Notes: generated from the sequence alone by a model not told the origin. A DNA stretch of 64,000 nt from Candidatus Bathyarchaeota archaeon (GCA_030739585.1 JASLYX010000003.1:39812-103811), one strand, 5' to 3'. Shown: positions 38,430 to 48,982, counted from the stretch's first letter. Made by a program: numbers and translations.

Positions 38430-39356
38430 ATGGAACTCAACACGATCCAGAGCAAAATAGTGGCGCTAAAAGAGGAGAAAAACGCACTCCTCCTCGCCCA
38501 CAACTATCAGACAATCGAAATACAGGAGGTTGCCGATTTCGTGGGGGACAGCCTAGAGCTCTGCCGGAAGGCCCAGGGCGTAAAAGACCGGGACCTCATC
38601 GTCTTCGCCGGTGTAGACTTTATGGCAGAGACTGCATCAATCCTCAACCCGCAGAAGAAGGTCGTGATCCCTAGCACCAAGGCGATTTGTCCTATGGCCG
38701 CAATGCTCCCACTTAAAATCCTTAAAAATATGAAGAAAAAATACCCAGGGGCACCCGTGGTGCTCTATGTGAATACCCTTGCTGAGGCGAAGGCCGAGGC
38801 CGACGTCACATGCACATCAGCAAACGCCTCTGAGATCGTGGCCCAATTAGAAGGGGATACCGTCCTTTTCGGGCCAGACGTAAATCTGGCCTGGTACGTC
38901 TCCCAGAAAGTTCCAGGAAAGACGCTTATCCCTGTACCGGATTACGGGCATTGCCGCGTCCACCGCTTCCTGGGAGATGGCTCCGAGGCCATGGAGCTTA
39001 AGAAGAAATATCCCGACGCCGAGCTTTTGGCTCACCCAGAGTGCGAGCCGGAGTTCCAAAAGAAGGCTGATTTCGTCCTGTCCACAGGGGGAATTTATCG
39101 GCGCTGCCAAAAGTCCTCGGCCAAGATATTTATAATCGGTACAGAGGTCGGGATGGTAGATCGCCTTACGAGGGAGATCCCAGGTAAAACCTTTCTCCCT
39201 GCAAAGAAATATTCTGAGTGCGCCTCCATGAAGAGGATCACCCTAGAGAACATATTCTCCTCTATGTTGAACGAGGCCCCTGTCATCCACGTTCCCGAGG
39301 AGATCGCAGATAAAGCCCGAATACCAATCCAACGAATGCTCGAGATGAGCCGCTAG
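38430..39356 (+). CDS. nadA: quinolinate synthase
   Basis: AHNYQ, GDSLEL, FMAE, CPMA, YVNT, HPEC, three conserved Cys. Confidence 0.95.
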   Translation: MELNTIQSKIVALKEEKNALLLAHNYQTIEIQEVADFVGDSLELCRKAQGVKDRDLIVFAGVDFMAETASILNPQKKVVIPSTKAICPMAAMLPLKILKNMKKKYPGAPVVLYVNTLAEAKAEADVTCTSANASEIVAQLEGDTVLFGPDVNLAWYVSQKVPGKTLIPVPDYGHCRVHRFLGDGSEAMELKKKYPDAELLAHPECEPEFQKKADFVLSTGGIYRRCQKSSAKIFIIGTEVGMVDRLTREIPGKTFLPAKKYSECASMKRITLENIFSSMLNEAPVIHVPEEIADKARIPIQRMLEMSR

Positions 39357-39705
39357 CTTAGTAAACATTTTTCGAGGTATTCAAATCTTTTATCCGGGTT
39401 ATCAGAGATGTTGATTTTTGTTTAGGGGGTAAGAAACCAAGGAACCATCCTTCTGTCTTCTTGACCCTTGGATCCCTCGTCATCGGGAAGGTCATCTTTG
39501 AAGAGGGAAACGGGATCAGGAACTGCGCGCTGAGATGAGCCAGTCATGTCTATCGGAACACCCATCCCCTGAACACTCTAGCTCAAGAGATACCCGTTAA
39601 TCCAGTGCGTGAGAAAGGGGGCTATAATGCGAGACAGATGACCATATAGAAAGTACGGCCTGTTTCAAAGACCGAGGAGAACAAGAGATTATACTCAAAG
39701 GGACA

Positions 39706-40356
39706 CTATTCCACGGTGTTATGGCGGAAGGTGAATGCCGAAGGGCAAAGTTCACAGAGGATGCATGTTGCGCAATCTGGCTTCTTGGCATTGCAGACCC
39801 TTCTGCCGTGCTCAATTAGCAGGTAATTCACTGCGAGCCATTTCTCCCGGTCGAAGACCTCCATAAGATCCTTCTCGATCTTGTTTCGGTTCTTCTTGTC
39901 GCTGAGCCTGAGCCTATGGCTGAGGCGCCAGACATGGGTGTCTACTGCAATTCCCTCTATGATGCCGAATGCGCTCCCTAGTACGATGTTCGCAGTTTTC
40001 CTTGCCGCGCCTTTCAGATTCGTGAGCTCATCCATTGTTGATGGAACCTCACCTCCATGCTCCTCTATAATGACTCTACAGGATTCCTGTATGGCGTCTG
40101 CTTTCCTCCTGAAGAATCCGGATGACCTGATATCGTTCTCGAGTTGCTCTCGGGGCGCGTAAGCGTAGTCAGCTGCGGTCCTATACTTCTCGAAGAGGGA
40201 GACGGTAATCTTGTTGATCTGCTTGTCAGTGCTCTGGGCGGAGAGGATGGTTGCCACGAGGAGGTCGAGAGGTGTCTGCCAGTTGAGGGTTGTCCCTGAA
40301 GTTTCAGGATATACTTCCTCCAATAGGGCAATGATGTTCCTCCCCTTTTCCTTCAT
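39706..40356 (-). CDS. nth: endonuclease III
   Basis: LVATILSAQSTD, HhH with RKTAN, AVDTH, CX6CX2CX5C cluster. Confidence 0.95.
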   Translation of the reverse strand: MKEKGRNIIALLEEVYPETSGTTLNWQTPLDLLVATILSAQSTDKQINKITVSLFEKYRTAADYAYAPREQLENDIRSSGFFRRKADAIQESCRVIIEEHGGEVPSTMDELTNLKGAARKTANIVLGSAFGIIEGIAVDTHVWRLSHRLRLSDKKNRNKIEKDLMEVFDREKWLAVNYLLIEHGRRVCNAKKPDCATCILCELCPSAFTFRHNTVE

Positions 40357-40730
40357 GCTAGTGGTCCAAAAAGCATAGGACTAGTGGGGTTAAAAGCTTC
40401 TTTTCGCTGACTAGGATTTGTTCCTAACAATAGCCAATAAAAGGAGAAATAAAATCAAGCTACCGGAAAATTTTCAAAACTTCCAGATTGAAGAAAAACC
40501 AATATTGATGCGCAAACGTATTTCATCATCCAGGAGCCTTATGTGTCAGAAAGAAAGATCTAGTGCCCTCTGAAAAAAATAGAAAGGGGGCTTGAGAAGA
40601 TCATAACTGAATAGATAATTCAGAATTTGTTGAAGATGACCCTACGTTTTTCCCCCAATGTTAGTAAAAATGCAAGCTTCGCGCATGCATTGTTAAATTG
40701 TCTTAAGGGGAATTTCATATTGGCGGTTAG

Positions 40731-42506
40731 ATGACTGAACTCGATGTTCTAATCAAAAACGCAAATATAGTGGATGGAATGGGCAATAAGGCCTACAAAG
40801 GAGCCATCGGAGTCCAAGGGGACAAGGTGGTCGCCTTGGGTAAAGTAGAGGACAACGCAAAAAGGACATTAAATGCAAAAGGTCTCACCGCGACGCCTGG
40901 CTTCATCGATTCTCATAGCCATGGTGACTGGACCCTGCTCTGGTTCCCTAAGGCTGAAAGTTACGTTATGCAGGGGGTTACAACCTTCGTTGGTGGCCAG
41001 TGTGGAGGGTCACCCGCACCCATCGGGGAGCACATCAGGTTGCCCCGGGGGCTTCTGGATCATCTCCCCGACCTAGACCCATATAAGTTCTATCCGAGGC
41101 AGCCTTTCTTCCCGCTGGAGAAGGCCAACGAGTGGATGAAGAAAATCTACGGCTGGACCCTTGATTGGGAGGATATGGCGGGTTACTTCAGGAAAGTTGA
41201 AGAGGTTGGTGTCTCAATGAACTACGCACCCCTTGTGGGCCACGGCACCATTAGAACTAAGGTAATGGGTCTGGACTACAAGCGCCACAGCACGGAGGAG
41301 GAAAAAACTAAGATGAGGGGGCTCATCCACGAGGCGATGAAGCAGGGATGTCTGGGTATGAGCACTGGTCTCGATTACGATCCCGACGTCTTCGCATCTC
41401 ATAAAGAGATCATCGATGGGGTCACTGTGCTCAAGGAGTACGGTGGAGTCTACTGTCCTCACTGGAGGCGAACGGGCCGGAGGAGGGGCATCTCAGCTGG
41501 GCATATCCCCAACGAGAAGATCACCGCTCTTATGGAGTGCGTTGACGTCTACAAGAAGACTGGGGTTCGTCTTCACTACGCTCACATTTCAACTGGATGG
41601 CAGATCTATCCCCCACCACCTGACGAACTCGAGAAGGCAAACGTGAAGACCACCCTTGACATGATCACTGCCGACTCAAAGGATGAACTTGATATCACAT
41701 GGGACGCGATTCCCCAGTTGACGAGGAGCGGATTCGCTACGATGCCCTACCTCGCCTCCCTTTACGCTCCCTGGCTCAGGGAACTCGGTGGTCTCGAAGG
41801 GTTCGGGAAATGGCTCAAGGTGAAGGATTTCCGGGAGGAGGTAAAGGACGCAATCCGTTCCGGGAAGTGGTTCATCAGGGTCGCCTATAACCCAAACACC
41901 GCCCCCAGATGGGCAGAGAACATCATAGTCCTAAAAAGCAAGGTGCCTGGTATTAACGGAAAAACAGTAGCAGAGATCGCGGAGGAGCGGAACACTGAGC
42001 CCTGGGACACCTATTTTGACATCATCGCCGAGGACCCTTTCACTCGGGGAGCCACGGACTCGATGAGTCCTGGAGCCCCCTACCTCCACTACTGGACGCA
42101 CCCCAAGGGCATGGTGGGTCTAGACACGAGCGTCTTTAATGCCGAGTGGCAGTCTAAGAATCCACCTTATAGCATCCCGGGCATCAACACCTTCAGCGCC
42201 TATCCGATGTTCTATATCAAATACGTTAGGGATGGTAGCATCTTTAGCCTAGAGGAAGCCGTTCAGAAGACCTCGACGCTACCTGCGAAGGTCCATAACA
42301 TCGAGGGCCGAGGGATCCTCAAGGAGGGCGGATACGCAGACATAGTTTTAATGGATCTCTCAAAACTAAAGGTCCGTAGCAACGAAGTCGAGACCAGAAG
42401 ATATCCCGAGGGCATCGACCATGTATTCGTGAACGGCAAGCAAGTCGTTGAAAAAGGTAAGCATACAGGAGCAACTCCGGGGCGGGTCCTCAAAAGGACC
42501 ATGTAA
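40731..42506 (+). CDS. N-acyl-D-amino-acid deacylase (D-aminoacylase) family amidohydrolase
   Basis: PGFIDSHSHGD, GVTT.VGGQCG, VGHGTIR, GLDY, EEAVQKTSTLPA, GYADIV. Confidence 0.9.
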   Translation: MTELDVLIKNANIVDGMGNKAYKGAIGVQGDKVVALGKVEDNAKRTLNAKGLTATPGFIDSHSHGDWTLLWFPKAESYVMQGVTTFVGGQCGGSPAPIGEHIRLPRGLLDHLPDLDPYKFYPRQPFFPLEKANEWMKKIYGWTLDWEDMAGYFRKVEEVGVSMNYAPLVGHGTIRTKVMGLDYKRHSTEEEKTKMRGLIHEAMKQGCLGMSTGLDYDPDVFASHKEIIDGVTVLKEYGGVYCPHWRRTGRRRGISAGHIPNEKITALMECVDVYKKTGVRLHYAHISTGWQIYPPPPDELEKANVKTTLDMITADSKDELDITWDAIPQLTRSGFATMPYLASLYAPWLRELGGLEGFGKWLKVKDFREEVKDAIRSGKWFIRVAYNPNTAPRWAENIIVLKSKVPGINGKTVAEIAEERNTEPWDTYFDIIAEDPFTRGATDSMSPGAPYLHYWTHPKGMVGLDTSVFNAEWQSKNPPYSIPGINTFSAYPMFYIKYVRDGSIFSLEEAVQKTSTLPAKVHNIEGRGILKEGGYADIVLMDLSKLKVRSNEVETRRYPEGIDHVFVNGKQVVEKGKHTGATPGRVLKRTM

Positions 42507-42664
42507 CTCCTCTCGAGCTCGCTTATCCAATATATTCATCAACGTGAAAATCTCAGTTTATTCAAGTCTAACAGGATTGCTAATTGAGAAAGTATTGATT
42601 AAAGTGAAAAAAGCATCTAGTGTTGAAACCCGTTCACATGTGAAGAGATAAACGGAGGAAGAAA

Positions 42665-43268
42665 ATGAAGAAACTCGTCAATGAGCTAATTAACCCAACC
42701 AATATATTTTCGCAAGTTCAAGCGCTCCAAAGAGAATGCCCTATTCCACGATCTCCGGGGGTGTACGCATGGGTCTTCAAGGAAATTCCGCCAAACATCC
42801 ACTTGATAAATGTATAAAACGTGACGATCTTCATCTATTGTATGTGGGGATTTCTCCCAACAAACCTCAGAGAATTGGAAACCCCAGTAAACAAAACCTC
42901 CGATTGAAAATTAAAGATCATTGCCAAGGTAATGCAGAAAGCTCTACTCTAAAGCTCACACTAGGGTGTCTATTATCAAATAAGTTAGGGATTGAACTTC
43001 GCAGGGTGGGAAAAGGAAGACGGATGACGTTCCATGATGGGGAGGATATACTATCCCAGCGGTGAGTGAGAACGCGTTTGTCGCATGGATTGTTCACGAG
43101 GAACCATGGCGAGTTGAGGATCAAGCGATAGGGCAATTGTCCTTGCCTCTAAATCTGCGAGACAACGAGAGCCACCCATTTTATCGACGACTCACCTCTA
43201 TCAGAAAAGATAGTAAAAAGAAAGCGAGAGCAAAATCGAGTATTCCTCGCGTACGAGGGATACTTTAG
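42665..43268 (+). pseudogene. GIY-YIG nuclease family gene with two single-base frameshifts
   Basis: MKKLVNEL...PRSPGVYAWVFKEIPPN / PLDKC...LLYVGISP...GNAESSTLKLTLGCLL / SENAFVAW...LPLNL; 604 nt = 202 codons minus 2 nt. Confidence 0.8.
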
Positions 43269-43366
43269 AGGATTGGTAAAACAACAACTATCGAGCTATA
43301 CCTAACAGTAGATATCCTTCATAACAAGGGACTAACAGAATTTCCATGTAGGAGTAGGTTCTCTTT

Positions 43367-44308
43367 CTAGAGCGTGACAGGCTTCCCGATCCGTGAAGAC
43401 TCAAGGGCTGCCTCGCAGATCCTGAGGGCCATGAGACCATCCTCCCCTGTGACCGCCGGCGGCTTGTCCTCGAGGATCGCTTCCACAAAGTTCTCCAGTT
43501 CCAGAGTAAGTGGCTCTTGAGGCTTCAAGAAGGGCTGGTAACGCCCCTCGTCGTCCTCCACGGTAACCTCCTGAGTGATGAACTCAACGGTGATGAGACC
43601 TTCGGATCCTGTGAGGATAAGACGACGGATCTTGTGGGGAGTAAGCCAGTTGGTCTCGATAAAAGCGCTCCTGTTACCAGAGAATCTCAACACGATGTTC
43701 GCATAGTCCTCAAACATGTGCACGAGGTTGCCGGCGGTGGCATAGACAATCTCGGGGTCCTCTCCGAAAAGCTGCCTTACTAGATCAGCGTCGTGGATGG
43801 CCAGATCTTTCACGACCCCCACGTCGCTGATCCTTAGAGGGTATCTGCTCACCCTGTGCGCTCGGGCCAGGATAACGTCCCCAATCTTTCCTTCTCTGAC
43901 CAGTTTGAGGGCCTCAATCACCCCCGGGTTGAAGCGCTCCACGAACCCCACGGTGAGCTTCACTTTCGCCTTCTCAGAGGCAGCAATCAAACCCTCCGCC
44001 TCGGCCACAGTGCTGGTCATGGGCTTCTCCACCAAGACGTGCTTCCCCGCCTCTATCGCTGCCAATGCAATGTTCGCGTGGGTTACCGTCGGGGTGCAGA
44101 TGGAAATCATGTCAACATCACGTCTTCTAAGGAGCGCTCCAACGTTCGAGTAATGGTCGGCCCCGTATCTCTCCCCGAGACTGCACGCCGCATCCTCATT
44201 AAGATCCGAAACTGCAACAAGCTCAGCAGTCTCGAGATCATTGTAGACTCGGGCGTGGTTCCTCCCCCAGAACCCGCAGCCGATAACGGCGACGTTTAGT
44301 TTATCCAA
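43367..44308 (-). CDS. Gfo/Idh/MocA oxidoreductase, UDP-GlcNAc(A) 3-dehydrogenase-like
   Basis: IGCGFWGRNH, LVEKP, GFVERFNP, DVGVVKDLAIHD; lies in the glycan cluster. Confidence 0.85.
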   Translation of the reverse strand: MDKLNVAVIGCGFWGRNHARVYNDLETAELVAVSDLNEDAACSLGERYGADHYSNVGALLRRRDVDMISICTPTVTHANIALAAIEAGKHVLVEKPMTSTVAEAEGLIAASEKAKVKLTVGFVERFNPGVIEALKLVREGKIGDVILARAHRVSRYPLRISDVGVVKDLAIHDADLVRQLFGEDPEIVYATAGNLVHMFEDYANIVLRFSGNRSAFIETNWLTPHKIRRLILTGSEGLITVEFITQEVTVEDDEGRYQPFLKPQEPLTLELENFVEAILEDKPPAVTGEDGLMALRICEAALESSRIGKPVTL

Positions 44309-44413
44309 AGCACATTGACCTGACCTGAGATGTTAACCAACCTAGATTCAAGGCGTGCCCTTAAAATCGTATTCATAGTTTGTAGAACGAGTGATAAACC
44401 CTATTGAGCGGAT

Positions 44414-45232
44414 CTAGACCGGATTCCCGTTAAAAATACCCAGCAATCCCTCCCCCGTTTTCACAGTTACGTCATCGGTCGAGGCGAGATATTCGACGAC
44501 TTTAGGATATTTCCTCCCGAACCTCATCTTGAGGGAGCAGTTGTGCCAAAGAATGGTGAGAACCCTCCCTCTGGGCAGACCTTTGCAGAGATCGACCACT
44601 TGTTGAAGTCTTCTCAGGACGTCCCCTTCATCCACCAGGTCCGTGAAGATGAGGGCATCCATTATAGTTATAGGGAAAACTCTTAAACCATCTATCCCGA
44701 AGCTCATACAGTCCCTCTCGGTCACTTGATCCCTGCAGTACTTAATCGAGGAATCATATTTGATCCCTGCACGTCTCAGATTACTAAACAGGGAGTCGTG
44801 GCGTTCTACACCGACCGTATAGTGGGTCCTGTTTCCTAGTATTGTCGTCCCTGAGATGTCTTCGAGGAGATTCTTCTCATCCGTGAGGCTCTGGGATTGC
44901 TGGATAGAGAGGTGATCCGAGTGGAGCCCCACCTCCCAGCCTCCCGACACCATGGACCTGATCTCTGCGCGATACTCTTGGAGATCATATGAGGGAGGAG
45001 GATGCTGCGTATCCATTCTGGTCCTAAAAAAGAAGGTGGACCGGAGTCCATGTTTTTCCTCAATCTCCATGATCTCCCGAATATTCTGATAAGGATTCTT
45101 TTCGTCTAGTTTATCCATAACAGCTTCATTAAAACGACTCCGCCTCGCGATGACATGCTGTCTGGGGGCGCCGGCCTTCCCCCAGTCGACGTCATGACTC
45201 AGAAATACCGGGATGGGTTCCTCAAGGGTCAC
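44414..45232 (-). CDS. polysaccharide deacetylase family protein
   Basis: SHDVD, STFFF, EVGLH, GNRTHY, YDSS, ILWHN. Confidence 0.85.
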   Translation of the reverse strand: MTLEEPIPVFLSHDVDWGKAGAPRQHVIARRSRFNEAVMDKLDEKNPYQNIREIMEIEEKHGLRSTFFFRTRMDTQHPPPSYDLQEYRAEIRSMVSGGWEVGLHSDHLSIQQSQSLTDEKNLLEDISGTTILGNRTHYTVGVERHDSLFSNLRRAGIKYDSSIKYCRDQVTERDCMSFGIDGLRVFPITIMDALIFTDLVDEGDVLRRLQQVVDLCKGLPRGRVLTILWHNCSLKMRFGRKYPKVVEYLASTDDVTVKTGEGLLGIFNGNPV

Positions 45233-45298
45233 ACTACACGCTCAGTCACCTGGCGATAAAAAGGTGACTTGATAATAAAAGGCCAAATGAGCACGACC

Positions 45299-46480
45299 TC
45301 AGCGAGAGAGTGGATGCTCTAGCATCTTTTTGTACCTCGTCAGCCTACCGATGCACTCCATGAACTGCAATAAGTGGGGTTTCACATCGTCAAGGTGGAG
45401 ATCCGTCAATCTCCGCTTATTGGAATCTCTAAGAGCCGCCGCGATCTTCCCTCTTTCTCTGATGAATGCGAAAAGCAGCTGGGGAAAGTGCGCAGATGTC
45501 CACCACATCTGGAGACCCTTCTTGTAACGAAAACACGACTCCACGTCGCCGTGCTCAGCGATCTCGTAAAGAAGGCGCGGGAAATCGACCCCGGACGCAA
45601 TGGAAAGCTCCAGGGTCCCCCAGAACTTGGAGTTGACTTCCATAAGGCGTGGGATGCCCTCATAATCCACCTTGAACTCCACCTGGGCCACCCCGTGCCA
45701 CCTTATCTCCTCAAGAAGGCACAGGGCATTTTCTATGAGCTCTGGATCACAGATGGTCTCGTTAACAATCCCTACTCCCCCCCCTGGAGGGAAGGTGACG
45801 ATCCTCCGTTGAGCCATCGCCGCTCTCGGCTCTCCCCGGTTGAACAGGACACAGACATCCCTGATCTCACCTGGGATATACTCCTGAATCATTGGCGACT
45901 TGAAGTCTAGGATTACATTTGAGATCTTATCCTGAAACTCTAGGAGAGCCTGTCTAAGCTCCCCCCTGCTCGTAGCGTAACGGGTCCCTGTACCGGCGGC
46001 CCCCCTCCTTGCCTTCACCACAACGGGGAAGGGTCCAGAGTAATCTATGCCGCCATTGTCCGAGGTCACCGTCTCCGGAACGGGTACACCGATCCTTCTA
46101 GCGATCTCGAGGGACTTCAGCTTGTCGTGAGCCATCTCCAGCACCGCGTAGTCTGGAACAGGTATATGGACGTAGTCCGCAAGGGCGTCTTTATAGAAGG
46201 AGAGAGAGACCGTTGTGTCAACACCTATTGGCATGACGATGTCGATCTTCTCATCGACGGCGATCCTCTTGATATTTTTAATGAACCTCTCGATGGAAAC
46301 GCTGGGGGGGATGTAGGTTTTCCATGCAGAGCAGTATTTAGAGACCGCAGCTACCCTTCTCCTTGGATCCCTGCCCCCTGCGACGACGTTGACTCCTGCC
46401 CGACCTAGGGATCTTACTGCTGCGAGAGCGTTCTTGTAGCTAAAGTTGGTAATAAGGACGCTGGAAGGCAAATCAATCAT
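45299..46480 (-). CDS. ATP-grasp (carboxylate-amine ligase) protein
   Basis: ALAAVRSLGR, FPVVVK, IQEYIPG, GVAQVEFK, LMEVN. Confidence 0.85.
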   Translation of the reverse strand: MIDLPSSVLITNFSYKNALAAVRSLGRAGVNVVAGGRDPRRRVAAVSKYCSAWKTYIPPSVSIERFIKNIKRIAVDEKIDIVMPIGVDTTVSLSFYKDALADYVHIPVPDYAVLEMAHDKLKSLEIARRIGVPVPETVTSDNGGIDYSGPFPVVVKARRGAAGTGTRYATSRGELRQALLEFQDKISNVILDFKSPMIQEYIPGEIRDVCVLFNRGEPRAAMAQRRIVTFPPGGGVGIVNETICDPELIENALCLLEEIRWHGVAQVEFKVDYEGIPRLMEVNSKFWGTLELSIASGVDFPRLLYEIAEHGDVESCFRYKKGLQMWWTSAHFPQLLFAFIRERGKIAAALRDSNKRRLTDLHLDDVKPHLLQFMECIGRLTRYKKMLEHPLSR

Positions 46481-46587
46481 GTATGGTTCAAGAACTCCAT
46501 ATTTATTTCTTTGATACTAGTTGCTCCGATGATCCACTTCCTCATAAAGACCTAGAGGGAGAGATCTTTTGTCCAATTTTTTACGGA

Positions 46588-47679
46588 TTAATTGGCGATT
46601 ATCTTGCCCAATCTCTCGATCTCATCAGAAATGCCCTTCACAGGGTCCTCAAAGTCTTTGATAAGAAACCTTGCCCTCTCTTTTTGAGCCTCCCTCTGGG
46701 ACTTTCGATCCACCAAAAGCTCGGAAGCCCTCTCAATGAGGGATTCGATGTTTGTCTCCCTCTCGTTAAGGCCATGCTTTATGAGAAAGAGTTCCACGAG
46801 GGTGGGATTCCCAGGATAGCAAGAAATTGTAGGGACACCGAGAATCGCCGCCTCGGCGCTCATGGTCCCCCCTGCTCCGATGAAGAGGTCGGAGAAATAA
46901 AGTAGGCTCGGGCCATCAACAGCCTTATCCGGAACTATGACCTCTCCCCCATAAAATCCCCTAAGGGCTGAGACCTGCTCTAAGTATCGGGGGATTACCA
47001 CAATCTGGACTTCCTGGTCCAGTTCAACTAACCCGTGAATCAGGTTCTTGATCGCCGACTCCTCTCTGTTGGTTTTCAAAAGATACGCTGCGAAGATCTC
47101 AGCCGACCTGATTGTGATCACAGGTTTCTCCGGGTTGATACCTAGTTCGTCTAGGATCCCTAGGTCTGGCTTGAAGTCCTTCAGCCAAGCCCACGGGTCG
47201 AGGGCGTTGTAGCGTACAATGAATTCCGGCGAGATGCCGTAGCCTGCCCATGCTTCCTCGGGGATCATCCACGGGGTCATCAAGGTATCCGAGAGGGGGA
47301 TCGTGAGCTTCATAACTGCCTCGGCGTGGGGAGAGTCGCTGATGCATAGATGCGGAATCCCAAGTCCGAACGAGACCCTCGCAGCTTCAGGGGATGAGAA
47401 GGACACGACTATGTCCGGGTTAAACTCCTCGTAAATCGAGATAAGACCCGTAATCCTGTTTACGCTCTCGAGGAGTTTGCTTCTCAAGTTCTTCCCACCG
47501 TGCCTCCCGACAGCGATCGCCTCGATCCCTCGCCTCGTGATGATCTCGTCGACTTCTCTATAACTCCTCGTGGTCATGAGGACCTGGTGTCCCCTCTCCA
47601 GAAGCTCGGTGTGAAGCACCTGGAACATCATACACTGTTTTGGCGTGAGTATATCGATGATGATTTTCAACTTGACCAC
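46588..47679 (-). CDS. DUF354 family protein (GT-B-like)
   Basis: IDILTPKQ, GRHGG, SFSSPEA, DSPHA, GAGGTMSAEAAILG. Confidence 0.85.
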   Translation of the reverse strand: MVKLKIIIDILTPKQCMMFQVLHTELLERGHQVLMTTRSYREVDEIITRRGIEAIAVGRHGGKNLRSKLLESVNRITGLISIYEEFNPDIVVSFSSPEAARVSFGLGIPHLCISDSPHAEAVMKLTIPLSDTLMTPWMIPEEAWAGYGISPEFIVRYNALDPWAWLKDFKPDLGILDELGINPEKPVITIRSAEIFAAYLLKTNREESAIKNLIHGLVELDQEVQIVVIPRYLEQVSALRGFYGGEVIVPDKAVDGPSLLYFSDLFIGAGGTMSAEAAILGVPTISCYPGNPTLVELFLIKHGLNERETNIESLIERASELLVDRKSQREAQKERARFLIKDFEDPVKGISDEIERLGKIIAN

Positions 47680-47735
47680 TTCAGTCCCTGAATCGCCAGG
47701 AGCTCCCCGTTTCTTGTCTCATTCGTTGTGCCCAT

Positions 47736-47984
47736 TTAGTCTATAAGTCTACGGTCTCCAATAGCACGCCAGAACATCCATGTGGCAAGCCTCTTCCAGA
47801 GGAGCAACCATGATAGTACGAGCACTGTGCTGATCACCACCTGCACAATGTTGATGATATGAGCCTCCTCTACGCCCGGGATCTTTAATGGAATGATCCA
47901 GTTGTTGATGACCCAGAGACCCCCAATCATACAGAACCACACGAAGAGGAGTAATATAACAAAGTCAAGAACTCTGCGACTCAT
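47736..47984 (-). CDS. small two-TM membrane protein
   Basis: ATGA overlap with the upstream stop at 47981-47984; two hydrophobic helices. Confidence 0.7.
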   Translation of the reverse strand: MSRRVLDFVILLLFVWFCMIGGLWVINNWIIPLKIPGVEEAHIINIVQVVISTVLVLSWLLLWKRLATWMFWRAIGDRRLID

Positions 47985-48982
47985 GTGGACACCAACATTA
48001 GGGAGGCCGTTATCAGGGCGAGACATCCCGCTATGATCGAGAGGACCATGAAAACGAGGGACGCCTGGTTCTCCCTCAATGGTCCACGCGCCAAGATGAA
48101 TCGGGCTAGTGTAATGGGCGCCCCCGAGTCAGTCCGGGCCATCATCCGTCCATCCTCCATAAGTCTCGTCGGCCTAGCCACCTCCCTCCTTTCGTACAGG
48201 TGGCCGATGCTAGATAACCCGTAGAAGGCGTTCATGATCTGGGGCATAAAGGCCACCATGGCCACCACCTCGAGGTGCCCAAGGACTGCGATAGCCCCAA
48301 TTGCCGTACCTACGCCAAGACTCCCCACGTCCCCGGAGAACACTTTAGAGGGATACTTATTGTAATAATAGAAGGCTAAGAGGACCCCCAATAGCGCCAT
48401 ACTGAGGATCACGCCATCAGTCTTCCCCAAAATAAGCGCTGAGAGCAGTAGCGTCAGGGTGATTATTGAGGTTGAACCTCCCATCACCCCGTTGAAAGGG
48501 TCCATCATATTCACTGCGTTAGATGTAACTGCCATGACGATGGGGAGGAGTAGTGGATAGACCATAGTGAGTCGGGTCGCCCCAATGAATGGAAAGACGA
48601 TACTTGGTGTATATGTGCCCATAAGGAGGATCGGGAATCCGGCAAAGGCTGTTAGTATGGGTTTCACCTTTGCATTAAGAGGTTTCAGATCGTCATACGC
48701 ACCGATCAACCCAGCTATCAGCACCGTGGACAGAAAGCTCAGGACTAGGGATAGTTTTTCAGGGAAAAGAATCGATACAAGTATTGAACTCACGACGAGA
48801 CCAACGAGGATCGCAATGCCGCCCATCTCAGGAATAATAGGATGATCAGTCTTATGGGCATCACGTCCAACAATGTTCAGCTCTCTCATCTTTGTTATCA
48901 CGATAGGAAGAGATAGAAAGGTAACCCCAAATCCGGTGGTCAAAATTAATACAGTTTCATATAGAGGAAAGGCATTACCCAT
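47981..48982 (-). CDS. UDP-GlcNAc:dolichyl-phosphate GlcNAc-1-P transferase (MraY/GT4 family, AglH-like)
   Basis: PEMGG, YDD, NAVNMMDPFNG, VFSGDVG; multiple TM helices. Confidence 0.9.
   Translation of the reverse strand: MGNAFPLYETVLILTTGFGVTFLSLPIVITKMRELNIVGRDAHKTDHPIIPEMGGIAILVGLVVSSILVSILFPEKLSLVLSFLSTVLIAGLIGAYDDLKPLNAKVKPILTAFAGFPILLMGTYTPSIVFPFIGATRLTMVYPLLLPIVMAVTSNAVNMMDPFNGVMGGSTSIITLTLLLSALILGKTDGVILSMALLGVLLAFYYYNKYPSKVFSGDVGSLGVGTAIGAIAVLGHLEVVAMVAFMPQIMNAFYGLSSIGHLYERREVARPTRLMEDGRMMARTDSGAPITLARFILARGPLRENQASLVFMVLSIIAGCLALITASLMLVST

Noticed and set aside
37571-39356. nadC-nadA without an aspartate oxidase or dehydrogenase; thr cluster without homoserine dehydrogenase
   Set aside because: These genes are commonly unlinked in archaea, so absence from one window is uninformative.
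39706-40356. Endonuclease III HhH reads LKGAARKTA rather than LPGVGRKTA
   Set aside because: The catalytic Lys and Asp and the Fe-S cysteines are retained; not enough to claim altered function.
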